A model generated the notes under the pieces. The model ran no database searches. It was given only the letters and a program-made list of their open reading frames with translations, and had not been told where the DNA came from. A stretch of 64,000 nt of DNA from Camelus ferus (Eukaryota): NCBI RefSeq assembly GCF_009834535.1, contig NC_045697.1, forward strand, positions 45,138,001-45,202,000. The letters run 5' to 3'. A program made the position numbers and the translations under genes. Shown piece after piece: positions 39,893 to 53,764 of this stretch (position 1 is the stretch's first letter; every line of letters starts with the position of its first letter).

Positions 39893-42800
39893 AGCACTTA
39901 ATTAGATAATGATGATTTTGATTATCCAGAAGATCACTTTTATTCCTCTGGGAAAATGACAATTAATTCTCATCATAGAATGGCACCAAAGATACAGGAA
40001 ATAAAACCGGCTTTGTATGTTTTCAACTGATCAGCATGAGCAATGCCACTTTCCTAAGTTCAGTAATTTACCATGATCACAAATACTGATTTCTCAAATT
40101 TCACCCCCAGAACTCTCAAGTGTCCTTCTTTTACTTTTCTAAACCAACACCTACTGTTACTGCTAGAAAGTGCCAACCTTTTCAAAGACAAGGAATATGG
40201 AGCCATCTACTGTGAAGTTCAGGTACTGCATGGAAATTGTAGATGATTAAAAACAATGCATGAAGAATGTCAGCATATTCTGTGATCAGTTCCCACCAAA
40301 AAAAAACTAGTCAAGATTTATCTCATAGAAAAGCTTTAAATGACTGTCCTGGCCCATTCTGAGTTGCCATGTACTGAATAGTTTTATGTTTTAATAAACT
40401 GCTGACAAGATATTCCCAAGACAAGAGAGGACAAATTGTAGCTTTGTTTTTCTCCCAAGGGAACCAAAGATAGTAATTATTTGAGTCAGAATCTTCTTCC
40501 TCCATCAATTAGGAATTAGTAAAGATTTTTAAGTAGCATCTAGAACAAATCAAGCAAAATGCAAGTTCATTTTTTATGTGGGAACCTGTAACAAATCAGG
40601 AAATATCCCATTTCATCACTGTAGAGAGAAACAGGACCTTCCTTCCTCAAAAATACTGGGTTTTTTCCCCCTTGACTGTAAAATCTACTAAGCATTTGGG
40701 GCTCAGTTCCAAAGAACGTCCTTATCTGGGAGTTACTTTTTGTTCACAAGCCAAAGAAGTGAGTTGATTCTGAGTTGTCCACTCTGTATTGTTTGTAATC
40801 TCAACACAATACCTCTTTTTTTCAAGGAGGTTAGCTGAGGTGTAGCATTTCTAGTTTCCAGAGATGCTGCTGGAAAGAAATGAGAAGATAATCTTCAAGA
40901 TGTTTTCAAGCTGAAAATAAGCATGTTTTATAGATAGTGTCAGAAACTTGACTTTTACTTTTGCCCTGACTCAAATTCATAGTTAGATAAACACTCTCTC
41001 AGCGTACAGTCAGTCCTTGTATGCTGAGATCCCGCAGCGCCAAAAGGAGGCTAAAAGTACTTGTGATTGCAGCTGGAGTACAGCTGAAATATGTGGACTC
41101 TTTCTCGTTCCCATCTCTGGAACCTCAAATGAAAAAAGGCAGAGAGGATGCATCTCACCAAAGTGCAAAGTTCCTTTGGAATCAATATGGGAATTTGGGA
41201 ACCAGTCATTCCAGGGTATTAAATTAAGCCTCTCCTCACTAAATAAACATGCTTTCAAAGTTCAATTGCGATAGGGAAGCCTTCCTCTACCTCAGTGGTT
41301 CTTTTTTTTTAAGTTGGGACACATGCCCAGCATTTGAACAGGAACTAAATGATAGTAATTAATATAAAAGCATTGAGTTTATTAAATATTTCACTGTAAC
41401 ACTCTATGATGAAATAGGGATTGAAAAAAAAACTTTATATTTTTTTTCCTTGGATTCCTGTCTATGCTATCTCATTTTCCTGAGTGTAAAGCAAGTGCTG
41501 ACTTGACATTCTGGTAGAGATTTACAAAGCTCCTCAAACAGATGTTGAAGGATGGCTTTTGATTTACTTCCCACACCCAGGTTTTCCCGACCCTCTTTCC
41601 CAATTTGAATTGTCACCTGAAACCACCTTGGCCTGGTGCACCTGCCTCATCGTAAATAACGTTGTGCAAAAGCAGTCGCTGATTCAAACACAATCTGCTG
41701 TTTAGAAAAAGGCAGCTTTTCATCTGGTGCTTTAGTTGGTCTGAAACCATTAGGCATGCCTTTCAAATCCATTCATCCCTTAAATCACCCAGCGCTTGCT
41801 TCCTTGCTGCTGATCAATGTCACGCGGAACTTTTTCAGGGTCCTTGGAAGAACATGATATATCTTTGCGACTGAATTAGCTGCCCCTGTAAGGTATCTTG
41901 TCTGTCAACCAACTTTTCAGCTTACTGAATTGATTTTAAGAAAGAACATTCGTCTTGCATACATGGGTTGGATATATCTTTTACTTCCTCTTGGGGAATT
42001 TCCCAGAAGAACCTATAATCTGTATGCTAATTTGGGTGGCTCAGAGCTTTCTATTTGCATGGTTCATTGTTTTAAAACCAAAATCTGTTTCCCAGTGTCT
42101 CCTTACATCCTCCCTTTCCCACAGGGCTGCCTCAACTTAGGGGGAAAAAAGGCCTATTTAAATCTCTCTACCCAAACTAAAAGAAGTGTCTTTTTAATTC
42201 TCTTTAAATCCATTAGATTGGTACTACTAGGAGATACAAGTATTCCTTGATTTCTGAGCAGCCAGTCTTGAATGTGTTAGACCAAGTTTCCCTTCAGAAC
42301 CATCTTGTTCTACTTCTGTGAGGATAAGGAGATAGACACTGTCTAGGTTCTGGACAGGCCAGCACATGTACAACACAGTACTTCCTAATCTGGGGTCTGA
42401 ACTCCCTGAAAGTGTATGCAGACTTGTTGATATATTTCTCGGGGGGCAGTGTGTGGAGAAGTTGGTGATCTCCCTAAAAGTTCAGAGCCACTGGCCAAAT
42501 AGAATATATTCTGAGTTTCCAGGAACTGACTTCCAGAGGAAACTTTGCAAGGTGAGAATTGCTTGTGAGATTAACCTGTCCTCTGCCTTATCTTATTGAT
42601 AGTGATTTGAATAAAGTCAGGAGCTTTTTCAAGTGTCTCATAGAAATCTCACTTTTCCCAAAGGAGTTAACCACTTTGAAGTTTGACTTAACAGTATATT
42701 AATGCCGGTACTTTATTTAATGCAGTCACACATGCTGATTTGGGGGGAAAGTCAGCTTTTCTTTAACCAGAGTTTTGGTTAACAGGTCCCCACAGATAGG

Positions 42801-43572
42801 GCCCTTGGGTTGGGCAAAATTTGTGCTGAGGAAGGATGGCAGATAGTGGAGAAGTTGGTTTTGAGATTATGTTGGAAAGGGTAGAGAAAGGTAAATTGAG
42901 AGTTTCCAGAACCCAAGAGACAGAAAATAGTAATTGTGAGAGCTGTAAAGAGGTTTGCTGTAGAAAAGAAGAAATCAGAACTATGTTGAGATTAAAAAAT
43001 AAGTGGAAGCTGTGGGGTAGGAGCAGCCTCTCCCTCAGTCCGTCTTCCGCTGGGGAAAGTGTTAGCAGATGATTCCTGGAATCGGTAGCACCCAGGGGTG
43101 AAAGTGTCTCTGGACCCTCATGTCCAGTACTTGGAAATTGTATGAGTTTATCTTCTTAAACAAGAACTAAGCCAATATTTAATCTTCTGAGACTCACTTT
43201 TTAATTCCAGAACTGAAGCAAATAGAACTAAAGTCCTGGACATCAAATTTGAGTAATACTGAGCCAACAGTGGTTCTCGATGTGGGTAATAGGAGGAAAG
43301 ATACTTGAGAAAAAAAATCTACACTGTTTATCTTCTTAGATATTTAAAAATACACTTCACAAACAGTACTCGCTGTACTGTTCTGCTGACCTTTCACCGT
43401 GTTTATCAAGCGCATCTATTACACAAGGCAGTTGATCTTTCCAGAAAATCACTTGTTAGAGATTGTCCAGAAATTAGTTATGAAAACTGTGGTCCATGAT
43501 CTTTCTTTTGATCATTTGTCTCATCAGACTTTTTTGACTGGAAATCTATGAAGCACACACAGGCAAGTATCA

Positions 43573-43745
43573 CTGTATTTCCTTGCATCTAAGGTATCAT
43601 CCATTGTAAGATGCTCTTTTATTTCATATATTGCTAAAAAAACCACTGTCAACTAAACAGATTTTCTTATCACTTGACTATTGAAGTGCATCCCAATTTC
43701 AAAGATACTAAAATATAAAGAAGTGTCTATTAGAATCTCTGAAAT
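43573..43745. mobile_element. Tc2/Kanga-like DNA transposon remnant
   Basis: ctgtatttccttgcatctaagg...ttagaatctctgaaat, degraded inverted termini. Confidence 0.45.
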
Positions 43746-46700
43746 CTCTGTCTAGAGAGGACTAGGTTTTGATTGCAAAGGTCAGTAGTCTAAATACTTT
43801 TGTCGACAGTGTTGCTTTTTAATAAGAGTAATTAATGGCATGAATACGTCTTTGGAGCAAGGATTTACGCAGAACGTATAAAACCTATAAATTATCCTAA
43901 TAGCCTACAATTTGGGACAGACTGACAGGCTTTTCATTTTATGGCTAAACATTAGAAGTTCAAAGAAGACCATTTGCAGGATAACTTGATGTAGTGTAAT
44001 AAAATTTGAGCCCAGAATCTGAAGACCTAGGTTTGAGACCCTGCCTTGTTTGTCCTTTACCCAGTGTTCACCCACAGCCGGGCTGTTCAGTTGTTCTGAA
44101 CCTCAGCTTATGCAGTCAAAACACAGTGAGAATCCCTGCCAAACAAGGCAGATGGAGTATCCAGAAAGGCATCCGCAGGCAGTGAGCCTTACGCAACAGG
44201 GAGTGCTGACATTCTCAGAGCCTTCCGCCCCGCGCATCTCAGTGTCTCTTAGGGGCGCATCCTCGGGGGAATCAGAGGAATGAAGGACTGTGGAAAAGAG
44301 GGACCTTTTCCAGCACCCAGGATTCCACAGTAGAAGAACGTACGACTAAGGAAGGGGGAGACAGCCTAAGGAGTTGAAAGTATATGGCAAGGTAGGAAGA
44401 CAGGACCACATTTTGCACAAGTAAGGGGCTGGGGTCTCTGGGAGTGACATAAATCTCAGCAGTTGGTTGCCGCAATATACAAGTTCAACAATCAAGGGTG
44501 GTTCATGGTTAAATCAGTCAGCGATTAGCAACAGAACTTTGGGCCAATTAGAAGAGACAGAAAACGATCTGTGATAAATACTCTTCCTAAATGTAATTTT
44601 TAAGTATAATAAACTGTAACCCCAGCTAACTCATCTCCGTTTGGTGTCTGTTGCTATTGGCAGTATTTTCTTTTGGTGCCTGGTTGGAGAGGTGTTTTGT
44701 GTTTTGGGTTTTTTTTACCGTGTTGATATTTTGTACCTCCTCAAAGAAATCTTGTGACAGATTTCCAGGGAACAATACAAAAGCTTTTTGTCATTGCTCT
44801 AAAAATACTCTAACTTTGCTATGAAGAAAATTGGTGGTGGTGTTATCTTTTAGAATTATGGAAGGAGGGAGCAAAATTGGAAGTAATTTTCCAGATGACA
44901 AACATACTTGGGGTGGGGAGTAAAGTAAACGACTTTCTGATGTTTTCACAGCTGTTAAGCCCCAGATTAGGACTTCATTAAATCTGAGTTCTTGTCCACT
45001 TTATGGGAGTAAATAGTTACAAAGCACAAATGCTTGATGGCGTTTGGTGCTGATTCTTTGAAAGGGAAGCCTGAGTGACTTGTGACTATTTTGTGTGTTA
45101 GTGCTTCCTGTCAATCAACCAAAGGCAGCAGGAGTACACTATTCTAGGGAGCTCCACTGGGCTCACCTGGTGCTATAGCCATATGGCTATGTGATCCTTG
45201 CCTTGTCACTTCCCTCACCTCCTAGGTCTCAGGGTCTCAGTTTGCACATCGATGTGCAGAGTGCAGTGGACCCGACTACCATGATGCTTCGGGCTTGGCT
45301 TCTCCCATAGACTGTTTTGCAGTCACCGCTAATCCCTCAGGACACATTCCGCCCCCCAGTACAGCCTTTCAGTCCTTCCCGCTCATCCTTGCCTCTGGGC
45401 AGCCACTTCTGATTGATTGCAGTTAGAAAGTGAAATGCAATCTATTTTCCATCTTGAACCAGATTATTTCTTTTAACATTTTCTGATTTTTCTGAAATTC
45501 CCAAACTTGGCCAATCATCTCCTCAAAGCACTTTATTGGGATAGTTTCAGGAGCAATAAAGAAGTGGAGAAATCAAGGAAAATTCATAGTTCTTGGCAGA
45601 AAAAAAAAAAAAAACCAAAACTTGAAAGAGCATGACAGAGTGAGTTCTACTTGTCGTCCTGGATACCAGGGATGCTGTGTGGTTTTAACCATCTAAACCT
45701 TTTTAAGCCAGAGACGGGTAACCACATCCAGACAGAAGGTTCCTTCCAGGCCATCAGAAGTGGCTTTTAGTTGTTTCTCATCTCAGGTCCCGAGTCTCAG
45801 TTTTGAGCATCTCAGGGGAACGGTACATGGCCTCCTGTTTCTCTTCCCACCAAGGACAACACATTTATGGAGATTGTACTGCACGTGCATCATACTCACA
45901 GAAAACTGGCAATTGGAAGAGGGTGGAAACATAACTTTGTCCGTTGCCTTATAAAATATTAACATTGAGTTATTTATTTCACCGTAATTTCTACGTGTGA
46001 GGTCTTACCAAGTGCGGGGCATGTGTGTTAACGTTTACATCCCGTAGCTCCTGATCCTTAGGCTGTGATCATGTCCTGCCCAAGTGAGAGGGATGGCAAT
46101 GATGGCTCTGGTAGTGACATGTCTCCCCAGACAAAGTGAGTCTCCATCCTCTCTGTCTTCCCAACTGTGGCTATTTTTTCATGGATCATTTTACAAACTC
46201 CCTTAGCATGATTTTGTGGATGGGATAGAGCAGAAAATGCTGAAGCTTCTTTCCTGTTTCTCTTTCTTGGTGTTCCTTTCCCTAAAGGCCATTTTCATCT
46301 GCCAGGCTGGCCCTATAGTGGACGCTGTTTTTTCCAACACCCCACCCCTGGCCACCCCCTGCCCTGGCACACACACATATAGTGACAATGCTGTGACCCC
46401 TGTTAGCTGGAGCTGGAACAGATGCGCTAGGAGTGATGCGTGTGTCTCTCAGACTCCACCCCCCTCCCCCATTCGGGTGCAAGTATCTTTCAGCATCTCG
46501 AAAAGAAGGATCAGCCCAGGTTGTGTCCTCCTGCAGCCTCCATGCACCCCATCCCTGTCAGTCCTGGAGACCTGGATTTGGGCTTCCCCTCATTGTTTGC
46601 CTCTGAAACCCTCAGTCTCGTCAGCTCCTGAAAGCCTCCATTGTCCAGACAGGCTGCCAGAAACCGGGAGTCTGTTTTCTGGCCGGGAGCTCTGTCCCTA

Positions 46701-47519
46701 GGAATCCAAGTAATAATTTAATAGCGCCTGGCCCCCACTGAGCGCCCTCTCACAAGGGCTTTGTGAGCTGCAGAGCGCACAGATGGAGAGGACGGCACAG
46801 TGCTCTTGTTCCCCAGATCAGGTGCTTTCTTGGCCCGTGTGTTTACTGAGAACCGAGGCTTTATAGAGCCCTCCAACCCCAAAAGAATTTGACACAAGGG
46901 GTGAATCAGTAGTATCTGATCTTCCAGTGAAAGCTAGAAAGTCAGCATTAAATCTCTTGGTATGTACATACATCTGTAAACACACACACACACACACACA
47001 GACTATGTCCTTTAATTTGAGGCCTCTTTTATCATTTCATTTTTTCATCTTCTGTTTTGGTTTTCTCCTCCTATGCCCCAGTGCTAGTTCTCTATTTCTT
47101 AAGTGTTGTGTTACTCTTCCCAACCAACTCTGAAGGCGTACGCCTTTCCACATTAGGATAGTGCTTGACTCAGTGTGATAAAGCAGATTGAAGCTGAGTT
47201 CCCCTCCACAAGCGAATGTGAAGGAGTGATATCTGCACATGGCAGCCAGAGACTTGAATCTAGGGGCAGATTGGATCTTTTGATCCAGGTATTTTATGGT
47301 ATTTGATTGGATGAGATTAGTACTCAAAAATATGCTATTCAGAGAGCAGTTTGCTTCTTGCTGGGTTCTGATATTGTCTCAGCACTTAACCTGTTTCTAA
47401 AATTGCCTGTTTCATTACTTTGGAAGCCTAATGCCTGTTAAAGTTTACTTTTCTTTTGGACTGCATATTACTGACACTATGTTTTTTTTTTTTTCTTTTT
47501 AAATTCATTTTAGGAAAGC

Positions 47520-47696
47520 ATGCCTCAGACTCCTCCCTTTTCAGCAATGTTTGACAGCAGTGGCTACAACAGAAACCTCTATCAGTCTGCAGAGGACAGC
47601 TGTGGAGGGTTGTGTTACCATGACAACAACCTCCTCTCCGGATCCCTGGAAGCTCTCATCCAGCACTTAGTACCCAACGTGGATTACTATCCGGAT
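47520..47696 (+). CDS. RASGEF1B: RASGEF1B exon 2 coding part (exon is 47514-47696, 183 nt); aa 1-59
   Basis: Poly-T tract then ttttag|GAAAGC ATG; encodes MPQTPPF...VDYYPD; donor GAT|gtaggt. Confidence 0.97.
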
Positions 47697-49388
47697 GTAG
47701 GTATCCACGTGCCTCTGAAACACATCCTTGGTGTCCAGTAGAGATTCCAACAGAGTAGACAGGGACCCTAGATACTACGGAGTTATGTCTAGGCTTCTCA
47801 GGATTTCCTAATGAAATATTGCATCTTGATTATTGAGTGCTTTGAGATCAGATTGAGCTTGGATGTGATATATCTGCGTATCAGTTTTTTTTTTTTAAGG
47901 GTTGATATCACATTGTAGGCCGTCAGATACCATCTCAGTGAAGTTTCTGTAAGGTTTGATTCATACATACACCTTGGTCCTTAAATAGAAACACTGGAGA
48001 ACATTGGATGCTGCTTGAATGTTTAGTCCCTTTTTTGTTTCCAAGACTATCACTGTGCTGAGAAAAGGGAAGTTACACAGGGAAACTTCATAAAAAGAGA
48101 GCAGAAACAATATTCAAGATGCAATTCTTTATTGATTGGACATCAGACAACATTGCTTGCTTATGTTTTGTTTTACTTTGATAACCAACATTTGTATAGA
48201 TAATATTTTCTAATTTAGGAAATTCATTTACATTTTCTCAGCCTTTATAGCAATTCCAAGAGACTGGAAAGGAGAAAATTGGAATTTGAAATGTTGCGTA
48301 ATTTACACATGATCTCACTCCCAGCATCAGCCATCAAAGCCAGGTGTTTTATTTCTGGGGCAAGTGATAGTTTTATCCCCTTTCCTTGTGCTGCAGCTGC
48401 CCTAGTTACTCAAAAGCTGGTTGTTGATAAAGATTTCATGAAAATAGCCAGACACAAGATACACACGTTTTTATAAATGTAATAATGACCTTGGTGTGGA
48501 AAGGATCGTTTGTGCTTGACTCTGTAGCTCACCATAGTGTTTCTTACTGAGTTATCTCTCTGTATGTGATTTGTTACATAGCGTTTTCAAATATGTTGCC
48601 ACACAGGGAAAACTTGTAATCAAAAGTAAAAGGCATCCCTTGTTCAGCCCTGTAAGTGTTTATGAGCTACAGAAGGCGCCGAAGGGGGAGAAAACCCCGT
48701 GGAATTTTTCTTTTTATTGGGGAGTCTGAAACTATTATAACAAATAAGCACTACTTCATTACTGGCTTCTTGGGAGACAATGTGGTTAAAGAAAAGTATA
48801 TAGTGTGTTATTGTGTTTTATCAAATTGCTTAGCCTTTGAGCAAGTCAGTAGATTATTTGAAAGCCAGTCTTTGAACATTCTGACACAAGCACACAAATG
48901 CTCCAGTGTGTTATAATGGACACACTGGAGAATTCTTGAGTTGGTGTGGGTTGAGTGTTCTTTTGTTTTTTTGTTTTTTTGGCTTCCACTGGGTTACCAT
49001 AATATTTGGACACAGAAAGAGATTCTGTACGGGTGGTGTATTTAAGTTAGATTTATCTCCTCAGGCTGAACTTCATTCTTTTTTACTAGACCAAGTTATG
49101 TGTCCTGGTATCCTGGCTCCCAGAGGATAGACGTAAAAATGTGCTGTGAATAATTCAGTAGTGAAACTTACCCTGTACCTCTGTTATTTTTAGTATAGCT
49201 CAAGGGGAATGATACATCTGAAGGTAAAGGAAAACTCCGTCTCGGGTTGTTTTACTACTAGTAAGCATCACTTTTGAAACAGCGTTTTAACTTTAAGAGA
49301 GCTTAATGAAACAAGATGTAAAATTTATAGGAAAGATACTAGTTTCAGAGAGAGTGAAACAATGACTTTTTGTTTTCTTTTGCCACAG

Positions 49389-49511
49389 AGAACGTACATA
49401 TTTACCTTCCTACTCAGTTCTCGGTTATTTATGCATCCATATGAGCTAATGGCCAAAGTTTGCCACTTATGTGTTGAGCACCAGAGACTAAGTGATCCTA
49501 ATGGTGATAAG
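49389..49511 (+). CDS. RASGEF1B: RASGEF1B exon 3 (123 nt, REM domain)
   Basis: ccacag|AGA ACG TAC; RTYIFTFLLSSRLFMHPYELMAKVCHLCVEHQRLSDPNGDK; donor AAG|gtaatg. Confidence 0.97.
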
Positions 49512-49870
49512 GTAATGGTGTGTTTTGAACTTTACAGTTTTTTTCTGTTAGGTTTGGTAACTTTTTGGCTTAGATTTTGTGAAGTTGGTTTCCTCCACTA
49601 ACCATAGCTTATCCCCAGGCTGAGGTCCAGGAATGGTATCCCGGCTATGCAAAGGGAACTGGGGATGGTGTAAAGAACACAATATAAATCTAGTGCCACG
49701 GAAGATCCCTAGGTCCTGCCTTCAGTTGGTAGCAATTGGCATTGACTTGGGGGAGGGGGACTAGAGCTTCTTTAACCCCAAAGACTTTGCACTGGAAATT
49801 TATCAATGGCGCTGTTTGCAGTTATTTATTTGAGAGCTATTGCTGAATTATATTTGCTTTTTCTTCCTAG

Positions 49871-50008
49871 AACCAGATAAGAAAAATTGCACCCAAGATT
49901 CTTCAACTCCTGACAGAATGGACAGAAACATTTCCTTATGATTTTCGGGATGAAAGAATGATGAGAAACTTAAAAGATCTGGCTCACCGAATAGCCAGTG
50001 GCGAGGAG
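49871..50008 (+). CDS. RASGEF1B: RASGEF1B exon 4 (138 nt)
   Basis: ttcctag|AAC CAG; NQIRKIAPKILQLLTEWTETFPYDFRDERMMRNLKDLAHRIASGEE; donor GAG|gttggt. Confidence 0.96.
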
Positions 50009-50580
50009 GTTGGTAACCTGAATTGAGTACAACCACTTGGATTTCCAGGCAGGGTCTTGGTGGGAAGTGGTACTAAATTCTGCATCAGAATCTCCACTGT
50101 GTCTTTTCTGTTTTGCCTTTGGGCAAGTCCTCTTCATAGCATATTGGTCTGCTTTGTGTGTCAAAGGCAGATAATGATGGAATCCCACTTCAAAGGGATG
50201 TGATCTTGAGTTCTATGTGATTAATTTGGGGGTGTGGTCATGTCAATTCATGCACAGGATTCATGTTGCAAGTGTGTTTTCATTTTATTTTACTTATCCC
50301 TTTCTTCCTTCCAGGAAGGTTTGACCCAAGTTAGATAATAAATATCACACCAGTAGATGTAAACACTAGTACATGTAAAAAAACATTTATATATTAACAG
50401 GTAATAAGTAATAGATTAATAAATCAGAAATAGTTTATTCCATGGAAGAGAGAAAACAAATATGCTAATATTGAGAACCAGCACAGTAGGACAAGATTGC
50501 TGGGATTTGACTGTAAGCTCCAGATAAAAGGGAAATACAATTGGTTATATAATTTTCACTGTCAGAAAAGAAAAAAGGGT

Positions 50581-50713
50581 GGGGAGGGTATAGCTCAAGT
50601 GGTAGAGCGCATGCTTAGCATGCATGAGGTCATGGGTTCAATCCCCAATACTGCCATTAAAATAAAAATGATTAAAATAAATAAACCTAATCACCCCACC
50701 CCCCCCCGAAAAA
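50581..50713 (+). mobile_element. Vic-1-type camelid tRNA-derived SINE
   Basis: GGGGAGGGTATAGCTCAAGTGGTAGAGCGCATGCTTAGCATGCATGAGGTCATGGGTTCAATCCCC (Pol III A and B boxes), then AT-rich, C-run and A tail. Confidence 0.88.
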
Positions 50714-53700
50714 GCACACTAATTCTTCATGGCATTAATTAAATGAAATTTTAAAAAGCTTTCTGACAAGGACTTTGTGAATAGGATCATGAAAAAGTGC
50801 TCTGTATAGTGTTTATAACAAATGTTCCTTGATAAAACAAAACAAAACAAAACTGAAGCCATAAGATTAAAGTATAAATTAGCAAAGCTAATTCTTTGGG
50901 AGTGGAGAAGACAAAGAAAAAAGGTTCCAAGTCTTGTGGCCAGAAGTCGATTCAAGGCTCGCAGCTAGACTAGGAGGAGATGGAAAGTAAGGCTGTTAGA
51001 TGATCTTTCATAAATATCTCTTCTCTCACTTGAGCCTTTGATAAGCACTAACCAGCTCTGACAAATTCAAAGCTCTCCTCTTTGAAGCAGGCCTGGAGGG
51101 CTGGTGTGCTGTGCTGAGGCTTGTTGGGCAGGGATGTCTTTGTAGTTTCTGTGTTGCTGGCGAGCTCCTGGGAACACGTTTCTGAGGCACAGACATAACA
51201 TGTTCACGTAGAAAAAGATAAAGCACTTGGCAGTGGCAGTGATGTCTTGTTTCATTGTCTTAAAATACATTTTGCATTATGAACGACCCTCCTGGAGAAA
51301 TCATTCTTTCAGAGCTGGGCTATAAAGATCATGTAACAAGACATTCTGCCTATTTTGTCTGCTTCTCATGAGTCCATTTTAATAGACTTTCTCTGACTTA
51401 AAAAAAAAATCATACTAAAATTATACAAGATTAGTACTTGAAAAATCTGCACTTGCGTCCTTTTACAGTTCCCCTATGACATTACATTGAACGCTGGTGC
51501 TCCAGGCAGCCGTTGCTTCTTTAAGGCTGAATGAGTGGTCCCGAGTCCTTTTGCAAGTTACAACTGTTCTAATCGTTTTGCTAGTTTGCGCATAACAGGT
51601 TCTACCAGGTAGGAATTGGTAGGTCCTTCACTCACAAAGGCAAAAGTTAAGCATCATAGTCTTGTAAGTAAATTTTATCTTCACAGGGTGAGCTGTTGGT
51701 TTGCTTGGCAGGGTGTGCGCTGGCTTAGTGACCTAAGTTTATGAAAAGCTGCTCAAAAGATTAGTGGCATCATAAGGACTTTTTCTCGTGTGAAGGTTGA
51801 GCCGTGTCTCAGTCATTGTTTCATTTCAGTTAAGAAACATTTAGGTACAATTAATTACAACTTAACTTGGTATGGCAGTTAACTGACCTCCCCTCTATTG
51901 CCTTTTTAAAAGGTAGAAATAGTGACTTGGTTCTTCCCCAGAGGAGCACCTTAAGAATCTTTTTCAGATAAAATGCCAAATGGATGGCTTTTTGTTCCTG
52001 TCATGGGAGCCCATGAGGGGGTCATTTCTACCTGTGTTGACCAGATTGCATCTGATCCTTTTAACAGGATCAAGCTACTCAGGAATTGGGTGGAACCAGG
52101 CCAGGGCACCAGACAGCCTTGTGCCTCGGCTTCTTATCAGCCCTCCTGTGTTAATAACAAATCCTTGATAAACCTTGAGGTTTTCAGATGGTTTTGAGTG
52201 TGGAAAGAGATGAGAAGATGAGCCAGGTCTAACCAAGAAGCTGGTTCACCTGAGGCTTGAGTGGAGAGTTGTCACCTGCCTTGATCAGCTTGGGTTTCCC
52301 AGTGAGATGTTCCTTCAGCTACTTATATCCAGTATTTGGAGTTGGGTCCACACTTGGCTGATTGATCTGAGTGCTTTGGTGAGTCTCCTAAATTCCCTGC
52401 CCCTTCTTCATTTCTTAAATCATAGAGGTAACTTCCCTGTAGTAATGCCCCTTTCAGTTCTAAACTTTTGTGATGGATGCTTTTTCCCTCAGTTCTTGCT
52501 TCTATCACGTGCTTAAGTGTCTGTCCTCAGAGAGACCTTCCCTCACCACCCCAGCCACAATCATTGCCCACCCCTATTATTGGCCATCACCACTGTTACC
52601 TTCATAGCCCTCTGTGATTAGTCATTGCTTGCTTTCTTTATGGCTTGTTTTCCCCACTAGACTCCCTGCTGTGCCTCTTTTGTTCACGCAGCATCCTTAG
52701 CTCCTAGCCCAGTGCCTGGCATTTAATAGGCACTTAGGTGTATTTGAATGAATGAATGAACGAATGAGTGAACAAACTAATCAGTTAGGAAATAGGAAAA
52801 AAAAATTTTCCTCTACTGAAAAAATTATCTCCCTCCGTGGGAAGGAGTGTGAGCTTGGGTTGGGACTTGTTGCTTCTTGCCTGGGACTTTAGGGATTTTT
52901 TTTTTTTGGCAGTCAGTGGATCCAGGTGTGCCCTGTGTATAATTGAGATGGGTTCTGAATTTGGTAGGACAGTTCCACCTAATATGGCTTAACATGTTTC
53001 CCCTCTAGGGATTTGCCCAAAATGAAGTGGTTTATTAGGACTTGCCTGCAAGAAAGCTGAAATGAAACTAATGATTGAATTACATGACAAATGACTGTAG
53101 TGGGTAGAATGCAATTTTCTCTTCCTTAAAGGACTGATCTTTATTCTATCTTTATTTGCCAGGTAATTACTGTCACTGGCATTTGAAGTTATTAAAAAGA
53201 ATAAGTACTTATTTAGCAATATATGATTCGGTAAGGAAGCATGCCTAGTAACACGGAGCTTGGTTTCTCAAATGGGACCAAATGGTAGCAGCAAACGTTT
53301 AAAAGGTCACATGCCTGCATCTTCCTACTGTCTCTCTCAGACTCACACACACACACGCACACACACATACACACAGAGACTAGTACTTCGTTATTTGAAT
53401 AGCTTTTCCCCTATACCCTATTATATACATTATATACATATGTTATGTACATATTACACACATTATATACATTTCCCCCTTATATTTTGCTGCTTTTTGC
53501 TCACTAGCTGAATCCTCCACTGTACATTCCTCTACTTCTTCCCTAAAAAAGCATTTTTTAAAGTGTAGAATAAGAATCTTCCACCAGATGTGCTACTAGA
53601 GCATTGGTTCTCAAAATTTGCTGCATGTCAGAATCACCTGGGAGCATTTATTAATGACATTTGGAACAGAAGACCAAAGAAACCATTTTAAGTTCCTAGA

Positions 53701-53764
53701 TTTTTTTGATGTAACCCAAGATTATGAAAGTAGAAGAAGCAAGGGAGATAAGGATGAGGGCTTT

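Larger units (their letters stand above)
47514..50008 (+). ncRNA. Predicted circRasGEF1B (back-splice exon 4 to exon 2; 444 nt spliced)
   Basis: 183+123+138=444 nt, the exon 2-4 composition recalled for the LPS-inducible mouse/human circRasGEF1B. Expression in this species is inferred, not shown. Confidence 0.55.

Noticed and set aside
50581..50655. tRNA-Ala-like sequence (also at 56354, 56741, 62253, 63930)
   Set aside because: Followed by AT-rich/poly-A tails, present in diverged copies, some with TSDs. These are SINE heads, not tRNA genes.
53581..53596. CTCF-like CCACCAGATGTGC (and similar at ~37938 and ~62435)
   Set aside because: Multiple mismatches to the CTCF core; cannot be supported without PWM scoring or ChIP data.
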